The position numbers were made by a program, and so were the translations under genes. Below are positions 26,131 through 32,000 of a DNA stretch of 32,000 nt, piece by piece. This DNA is from Candidatus Electrothrix sp. GW3-4 (GTDB taxonomy: Bacteria > Desulfobacterota > Desulfobulbia > Desulfobulbales > Desulfobulbaceae), in assembly GCF_037902255.1 (NCBI RefSeq), contig NZ_CP147990.1, positions 2,790,001 through 2,822,000 on the forward strand. The letters run 5' to 3'. The notes beneath the pieces are model-generated. The model was given only the letters and a program-made list of their open reading frames with translations. It ran no database searches and was not told the DNA's origin. The number at the start of each line of letters is the position of its first letter. Position 1 is the stretch's first letter.

Positions 26131-26394
26131 CTATTCGTAATGTGTCCACATACGATAGACTTTAATCAATTTTTCGTTTTCAAAAACTTCATAGACCAAA
26201 CGATGCTGTTTATTAATACGTCGGCTGATCAAGCCTTTCATGTCACCTTTCAAAAATTCATATTCCGGCGGATATTGATAAGGATCATCTTTGATAATAT
26301 CTATCAACTTCGAAACCTTCCTTTTCAACCCACTGGAACTCAGTTTTTTTGCATCCTTTTGTGCCTGCCTCAAAAAGGTAACTGTGTACATCAC
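26131..26394 (-). CDS. yoeB: Txe/YoeB-family type II toxin
   Basis: 87 aa. ...GLISRRINKQHRLVYEVFENEKLIKVYRMWTHYE matches the YoeB C-terminal signature (SRRI..EHRLVY......R.HY). Confidence 0.85.
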   Translation of the reverse strand: MMYTVTFLRQAQKDAKKLSSSGLKRKVSKLIDIIKDDPYQYPPEYEFLKGDMKGLISRRINKQHRLVYEVFENEKLIKVYRMWTHYE

Positions 26395-26606
26395 CAGTCT
26401 AACTTGTCCAGGGTTACGCCATGATGATCAGGTTCTTTTCTGGCTTCCTGAATACTTTCAACCATACCGTCAACAGATCTCAGGTACTCATCATCAGAGA
26501 TATATTCTGACTGATCTAGTATTTTAATTTCATTTTTAAAATGTTTTAGGAGCCACAGGAATTTTTCGATAATGCCATCATCTATTTTTAATGTAACTGT
26601 CTTCAT
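26391..26606 (-). CDS. Putative cognate antitoxin (family not recognised, not obviously YefM-like)
   Basis: 71 aa. Its stop overlaps the toxin start (ATGA-type coupling). The call rests on position and size only. Confidence 0.55.
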   Translation of the reverse strand: MKTVTLKIDDGIIEKFLWLLKHFKNEIKILDQSEYISDDEYLRSVDGMVESIQEARKEPDHHGVTLDKLDW

Positions 26607-26921
26607 ACAATGACCTTCTATAAATTTTTTAAAAATAGACTGTTATGGCTTCCAGTATTGAGAGGATATTCAGCTTGTCCTTCTCAAACATAGATCACCT
26701 CTTTCTCAAGGTAATCCCTACTATGTCATTTTATTTCAACATTACTTCAAATCATTATAGTGTTATTGGTGCGTAAACGCACCCTACCCGGCTTAACAAG
26801 AATTTACCTGAAACTTCTTCATAAAATTTAACAACTACTTATTCCTGTAGACCAAACAGCCCCATCATCTTGCGACGACAGGGCTGTATTCTACAAAGCA
26901 AAACCGCACTGTCAGCCCTGA

Positions 26922-28271
26922 TTACGCTGCCGGTTTCCACTCTTTGAGGAAGGCTGGCAGATGGCCAGCCTCACGAGGACCGATGGTAATAGTCCACTCA
27001 GGCAGCTCCTCTTCCAGCTCACCCTTAATGGTGGCCAGATACCCCGGAATGATCAGCTCCCGATGCTTGACCTTATCCAGGATGCCAGACTTATTGACAA
27101 ACATGGCGATCAAATCAGCACCGAATTTACCCGCAGCCCAGGCAGTCAATACGGACAGACCTTCAGTATCCTTGATCAGCAACCAGCTGGGCACCTTGGA
27201 CCCCTCAATCTCACCGGACACGATAAAGTAGGTGAGCGAGAAATTACAGGTGATCAAGACCGGTGAATTCTCATCCGGCCCGGTAATCGGGTAAATATCC
27301 TCAGCCACAACCATAGGCCGCTGCGGATCAGTAAAGATGTTGAGCTGCTCAAGCAGAAGCGGGAACAGAATATCGCCCTGGATATCGGAGAAGACGGTAA
27401 TGCCTGCGTACTTGGCCAGCAGGACAGAGCCGATCATGGCCTCCATCATCAGGTCGTCACACATCTCGCAGGGGAAGGCGATGGTCGGGAAGCCCAGGGG
27501 CTTGAATTTATCCTTGACCGCCGAACGACGGGCAACAACATTATCCTCAAAGGCACCACGCAGGGTCCGGGCCCCGGTATCAATGACCATGTCTTTGACT
27601 CCAGCGGCGAGCAGCTTATCTGCTGTCTCCACCAGATCATCAAGATTCTTGCCCTTGACACCGATGACACAACCGGTCTCTTTGGCAAGCTCAGCAAAGG
27701 CATCCACATTCTCAGCGCTGGCACCGTAGAGCAGCGGCTTATTATCACCGCAGGCCTCGGCTCCGGCCTTGAGATTCTCTGGATTCTCGCTCATCAGGAT
27801 AATGGCCTGCTTGGGAGCACCTTCCATCACCTTCTTGGCCATATCTGCCAGCGATGCGCCACCATTATCCTTGATAGCGACCAGGTTATTGCGCATCATG
27901 ACGCCGACACGCTCATACTCAAACGCGTTGGCCCGTTTAATCTTGCCATCAACAGAGGCAGCATCCTCATCTGTCGCAATCAGGACCGCCAAGCCAGTCT
28001 GGTTCTCAAACCGCTTCTCATGGCGAAACTGACAGGTTTCACCACCTGCGGTGAATACTGCATCTCCGCTACCGATCTTGATGGTACGAATCGGCGGGGC
28101 CGAGGCCTCACCAATGGTGGCCTTTGCCTCATCACTGACATAAGGACATGTTTCGATCTCAGCCTGCCCGGCTGCCACTTTCATGGCAAAGGCGAGACAG
28201 GTAGGTATGCTACACTCGCCGCAATTCTTCTTGGGCAGCATCTTGAGTATCTGTATACCGGTTAACGCCAT
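26922..28271 (-). CDS. acsC: Corrinoid iron-sulfur protein large subunit (AcsC / CdhE-type)
   Basis: 449 aa. The N-terminal 4Fe-4S motif is KKNCGECSIPTCLAFAMKVA....CPY, followed by a TIM-barrel-like body. ATG 28271 is preceded by GGGAGG. Confidence 0.88.
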   Translation of the reverse strand: MALTGIQILKMLPKKNCGECSIPTCLAFAMKVAAGQAEIETCPYVSDEAKATIGEASAPPIRTIKIGSGDAVFTAGGETCQFRHEKRFENQTGLAVLIATDEDAASVDGKIKRANAFEYERVGVMMRNNLVAIKDNGGASLADMAKKVMEGAPKQAIILMSENPENLKAGAEACGDNKPLLYGASAENVDAFAELAKETGCVIGVKGKNLDDLVETADKLLAAGVKDMVIDTGARTLRGAFEDNVVARRSAVKDKFKPLGFPTIAFPCEMCDDLMMEAMIGSVLLAKYAGITVFSDIQGDILFPLLLEQLNIFTDPQRPMVVAEDIYPITGPDENSPVLITCNFSLTYFIVSGEIEGSKVPSWLLIKDTEGLSVLTAWAAGKFGADLIAMFVNKSGILDKVKHRELIIPGYLATIKGELEEELPEWTITIGPREAGHLPAFLKEWKPAA

Positions 28272-28405
28272 TATCTATCCTCCCATGCAGCAGCCGTTTT
28301 TCTTCATCCGCCCGGCGGCTGTTCGTTTGTTCTCAGAGTACCTGTTATATCTTGAGCGCATCCGCCAGACCTGTCTGGAGGATGCGATGCTTTCTTCTTT
28401 TTCGT

Positions 28406-28460
28406 GAATCAACATCGAATCAGCGTTGATTCAGCGTGCAATCAGCGCCGACTCAGCCCA
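28406..28460. repeat. Five tandem 11-nt units spanning the acsB stop and the acsB-acsC spacer
   Basis: GAATCAACATC / GAATCAGCGTT / GATTCAGCGTG / CAATCAGCGCC / GACTCAGCCCA in exact 11-nt phase. Confidence 0.7.
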
Positions 28461-30660
28461 TTGCTGTTTCCATTTCCAGGGCAGGATGACCTTTTTCCTT
28501 GAGAAAGGTGAGGATCTCTTCCTCTGTGGTGCCCTGCTCTTCGGTGGCGATCATGTCATAAAGCTCGGGCATTCCTTCATACTCACAAAGGGCCTTGAGC
28601 TTCTCGCTGATCTCATCCTTGAGAATTTTCGGCATCCAAACCATGCGCTTAACGCCACCTTCTGCCTTAAACAGCTTCTTACTGGTCATGTAATGCTTAG
28701 ACACCCCCATGAAACCAGGGGTCTGCATACCGCCACCCGCCATACCGGCCAAGGTGGTAAACTTCATACCAGAAGGGGTCATGCCCATGTAATCACGGTT
28801 GACCACCATGATGCCATTGCATTGCGGTAACATGGCTGCGATGGCCTCAAAGCAACCACAGGCAGTCATAGGGTTATTCATCAGAGAATAGCAGCTGACC
28901 TCTGGCACCGCCCCACGGGAAGCCTGGGAAACAAACTCATTGATGCCGGTAAAGTAGCCGTTATCAGGGTCTGTACACTCCCCCTTATCAATGGGCTGAT
29001 TCGGCCCTGTTGGGTTGATCTGATAGGAGGCCTTACCATCCAGCCAGTTATAGGCACCACACATTCCGATGCGCTCCGGTGTAATAACGCAGACATGGCT
29101 GGGCGCAAAGGACTGACACAGGGTACAGGAGTAGAAAACATCTTCCGTCTCATCGGTCATGGAGCCAAGGCGCAGGTCACGCTCTTCATAGACCTGCTTG
29201 GCAATATTCATGACTTCTTCAACTTTTTCCTGCTCAGTGTAGATCTTGACCTGGACCTTATCGAGAATGGCCCCAAATTCCTGATGCAGCTTACCGTGCA
29301 GCACCACACCGAGGTGTTTGAAAGAAAATCCTTTTTCCACGGCAGCCTTGCCAATCCGGATCCACATGATGTTGCGCTGCCCGATATGCATAATGCCCTG
29401 AATATAGTTCATCAGATGATGAAACTGACGCTCCAGGATGGGCTCAAAATCCGACTGCATCTCACGACCAGCCACCTCGACCAGGATACCGATGGGCAGG
29501 TTCTGCCCCTCTTCGATATCAGAGATATCCGGTCCTTCCAGGGTGACGAGACCGTCTTCGACCTCATCCATTTCCTTGGAGATCAGGACCTCCACACCGG
29601 TGGTTCGCCCACCACCACATTCCATGAACAGGTCGTCCTTGCGGATACGCTCACCCTCAAAGGCCGGGCCAAAGGACATAGGGATATCAATCTTGCTGAC
29701 ATTGACCTTCAGGCCGCGCACCTCAATGGCCTTCTGGACAATCTCGTCATGGGGTATATCAGAAACCACATGCTCATAGGTACAAACACCTGTGGGCAGG
29801 ATCTCAGGAATCGCATAGTCAGAGATAGTCGGGAAGCCCCAGTTGATAGCACCGGCTGCGTTAGCATACCATTCGTCACTGACCTGACCAAAAGGCATAA
29901 CAAAGGCATAGGTCCTGTCCTTATTATAGAGCAGGTTGCCCTTATAATCGCCCGGTTTAATACCACCAAAGGCCATAGCCACACGACAGGCAAAACCGAT
30001 GGAGAAGACCACCGAGGTATAACGCTTACCAAAAGGCACCAGACGGGTGTTCCAGCCTACCTGTACCCCGTTCTTCACCAGCAGATCCGGCATATAATTG
30101 CCATCAGAATCCGTGTGCATAAAGATATAGAGATTCTTCTCCTGCAATTCCAAGGCTATCTTGGAGGCGACCTCAGGGTCAGAAGGAGAACCGACGATGG
30201 CAGCAAAGCCTGGAGCCGTGCCATCAACGAACTCAACCCCTCGTTTTCGGAAGATAACGTCATCTGCTGCACCCAGCCAGATATTATCGGCCGTTGGGTC
30301 TTCGGTCTTGGTGTAGTAATCCGGTGAATTCAGGTAGTCGATGGCCTCGTACATTTCCTCGGCAAAATAGGTTGCCATACCGGCATCCAAGGCAGGCCCT
30401 AAGTACGGCAGCCACATATCCTCGGTAACAACAGATGGTAAGAGCTTCCGACATTCCTGAAAAATATCTTTCATATCGCCGAGTCGTTCCACCTTGGCTC
30501 CAAGCATGGAATAAATAATCGGCAGGTAGTAGGCAGTATTGGGAAAGGAAACTTCCTGTTCAGGGCCGTACTTCTTTACAGCCTCTTCATAGGACGCTTC
30601 GGCCATATCCACGATTTTTTGGGCACCGCGAATCGCTGCGGAGCAGATAATCTTTGACAT
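28453..30660 (-). CDS. acsB: CO-methylating acetyl-CoA synthase (ACS, AcsB / CdhC-type)
   Basis: 735 aa. It starts MSKIICSAAIRGAQKIVDMAE and contains FYSCTLCQSFAPSHVCVITPERIGMCGA (A-cluster Cys region) and MTACGCFE. ATG 30660 is preceded by AAGGGAG. Confidence 0.92.
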   Translation of the reverse strand: MSKIICSAAIRGAQKIVDMAEASYEEAVKKYGPEQEVSFPNTAYYLPIIYSMLGAKVERLGDMKDIFQECRKLLPSVVTEDMWLPYLGPALDAGMATYFAEEMYEAIDYLNSPDYYTKTEDPTADNIWLGAADDVIFRKRGVEFVDGTAPGFAAIVGSPSDPEVASKIALELQEKNLYIFMHTDSDGNYMPDLLVKNGVQVGWNTRLVPFGKRYTSVVFSIGFACRVAMAFGGIKPGDYKGNLLYNKDRTYAFVMPFGQVSDEWYANAAGAINWGFPTISDYAIPEILPTGVCTYEHVVSDIPHDEIVQKAIEVRGLKVNVSKIDIPMSFGPAFEGERIRKDDLFMECGGGRTTGVEVLISKEMDEVEDGLVTLEGPDISDIEEGQNLPIGILVEVAGREMQSDFEPILERQFHHLMNYIQGIMHIGQRNIMWIRIGKAAVEKGFSFKHLGVVLHGKLHQEFGAILDKVQVKIYTEQEKVEEVMNIAKQVYEERDLRLGSMTDETEDVFYSCTLCQSFAPSHVCVITPERIGMCGAYNWLDGKASYQINPTGPNQPIDKGECTDPDNGYFTGINEFVSQASRGAVPEVSCYSLMNNPMTACGCFEAIAAMLPQCNGIMVVNRDYMGMTPSGMKFTTLAGMAGGGMQTPGFMGVSKHYMTSKKLFKAEGGVKRMVWMPKILKDEISEKLKALCEYEGMPELYDMIATEEQGTTEEEILTFLKEKGHPALEMETAMG

Positions 30661-30740
30661 TGAGACAACTCCCTTAGGGTATAGACGGTTCAGAGTTCAG
30701 GTTCAGGACTTGCTTTTTGGAGCAAATTGGCAAATCGTCA

Positions 30741-32000
30741 TTAACCGGCCAGACCGTTAATGAGCGCCTTGGTCATATTGACCGCCTTGGGATGGCGCAT
30801 GATCAGGACTTCACCACCGGCCATAAGCATACAGGATGCAGTGATCGCCTCCATCATGATACCGCGACTTTCCTGATCCCCCATCATCTCATCGGTGGGC
30901 AGCCCAACCTCTTTGGCCTTCCAAACCTCACGTCCGAGGTTACAGATAATCGGCACCTGGAGTTTTTCATCTTTCTGGGTCAAGGCGGCGATACGAATAC
31001 GCTCCATCACTGAATAGGTGTACTCAATACCGTAGCCCAAGGCACCAACGGACGGATCCATCATCACCGTATCAAGGGGTACACCGAGATTCTCCAGAAG
31101 AATGTTCAACTGCTTGGCCAGGTTGACATCAATGGGCGAAGCAGCAACCATGGGATGCTGAAAGGCCATTGCTGTTGCCCCGATAGCACGGTAGTTGGCA
31201 TCCTCCAGGGGCGCCAGACATACCTTCTTATCACCGATCAGGGAGGTCACCTCACGCAGGGTCTCGGTATCCTTCTCCGCATTACCACAGCCCCAGATAA
31301 TAATCGGTACATCAACGGCATCGATTACAGCGGCTGCGTCCTTGGCCGCATCTGCTGCGGAACGATTGGCGCCATTGGGATCTGTGCCGTTGAGCCAGAT
31401 ATTCAGGGCATCGGCCTTATAGACATCAACACATTTCTTTGCCCAGTCCACCGGGCTATCCATGACATCGTCAAAGTATTGAGTCAGGGTATCAGGCCAG
31501 TTATCAGGACGGACATCCATGATCTCCATAGCGATAAGCGGCTTATTGCCCAGCTCGCCTTCAAAGAGATGGAAGGGCAGAGAAGTGGCCCCCCCCACGG
31601 TCACGGCCTTGTCGCCGTTCCCCAGAGTTACCTCGCGAATCGCACCTGAATAGTCTGTCTTATAGCTGGCAGCTGGCACCTTGGTCGCGCGCTCAGCAAA
31701 AGGTGTCTCCTCTGTGGAGAGAACCGGAGCGTCCAGATCAGAGGGCGCAGCAGCAGCCGGAGCAGGCTTGGCAGCAGCAGCCTTCTTTTCCGCCTCTGCT
31801 TTGGCAGACGCTTCTGCAGCGGCCTTCTTTTCCGCCTCTGCCTTGGCAGCAGCTTCGGCCGCAGCCTTCTTCTCTGCTTCTGCTTTGGCTTTGGCCTCTG
31901 CATCCGCCTTTACTTTGGCTTCAGCTTCAGCCTTGGCAGCAGCTTCGGCTTTTGCCTTTGCTTCAGCCTCTGCCTTGGCTTTTGCCTCTGCTGCCGCAGC
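30741..32000 (-). CDS. acsD: Corrinoid iron-sulfur protein small subunit (AcsD / CdhD-type); reading frame stays open through an Ala/Glu/Lys-rich repeat to the window edge
   Basis: The conserved body runs from about 31679 (VPAASYKTDYSGAIREVTLG...) to the stop at 30741. The track start at 31679 is a GTG without a convincing RBS. The same frame continues upstream without a stop: ...AEAKAKAEAEAKAKAEAAAKAE...KPAPAAAAPSDLDAPVLSTEETPFAERATK. The true start is undetermined. Confidence 0.8.
   Translation of the reverse strand, partial: AAAAEAKAKAEAEAKAKAEAAAKAEAEAKVKADAEAKAKAEAEKKAAAEAAAKAEAEKKAAAEASAKAEAEKKAAAAKPAPAAAAPSDLDAPVLSTEETPFAERATKVPAASYKTDYSGAIREVTLGNGDKAVTVGGATSLPFHLFEGELGNKPLIAMEIMDVRPDNWPDTLTQYFDDVMDSPVDWAKKCVDVYKADALNIWLNGTDPNGANRSAADAAKDAAAVIDAVDVPIIIWGCGNAEKDTETLREVTSLIGDKKVCLAPLEDANYRAIGATAMAFQHPMVAASPIDVNLAKQLNILLENLGVPLDTVMMDPSVGALGYGIEYTYSVMERIRIAALTQKDEKLQVPIICNLGREVWKAKEVGLPTDEMMGDQESRGIMMEAITASCMLMAGGEVLIMRHPKAVNMTKALINGLAG

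Noticed and set aside
31628-31903. 91-aa Arg/Lys/Pro-rich minus-strand ORF
   Set aside because: It is an alternative frame of the GC(A/C/T)-AAG-GAG repeat. The acsD-continuous Ala/Glu/Lys frame is the more plausible reading, if the region codes at all.
1-32000. CRISPR arrays, rRNA and tRNA genes
   Set aside because: No regularly spaced 25-40-nt direct repeats with unique spacers and no cloverleaf-like or rRNA-like segments were seen by eye. The only tandem or dispersed repeats are those reported above.

Overview
The gene content looks like an anaerobic, Desulfobacterota-type chromosome, but taxonomy cannot be proven from this window. There are three blocks.

(1) 1-12.2 kb, all minus strand. 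It holds the first 4.5 kb of a PfaA-like KS-AT-ACP-KR megasynthase; the gene runs off the left edge and is therefore missing from the ORF track. Upstream of it sit an MMPL/RND permease, a LolA-like protein and a beta-barrel outer-membrane protein. Then come cbiG, ppnP and two Met-rich secreted paralogs.

(2) 12.5-22.1 kb, an accessory island. The main result is a complete diversity-generating retroelement (DGR). It comprises two near-identical FGE/C-type-lectin-fold target genes, an HRDC accessory gene, a reverse transcriptase and a 132-nt template repeat. All 27 differences between the template repeat and the two variable repeats fall on template adenines. The DGR is followed by an IS200-like/RAYT Y1 transposase flanked by about 125-nt multi-hairpin repeats; a third, diverged copy lies upstream of DGR target 1. 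Next come a membrane-anchored LRR-Roc-COR (Roco) GTPase, an Rpn-family remnant, a Uma2 nuclease and a RelE/Phd-type TA pair.

(3) 22.2-32 kb, minus strand. This is a Wood-Ljungdahl/heterodisulfide-reductase operon: acsD-acsB-acsC-[YoeB TA]-hdrA-mvhD. The ORF track splits both hdrA and mvhD at in-frame TGA codons. I read these as selenocysteine codons because each aligns with a conserved Cys position and is followed by a SECIS-like hairpin.

No rRNA, tRNA or CRISPR array was seen.
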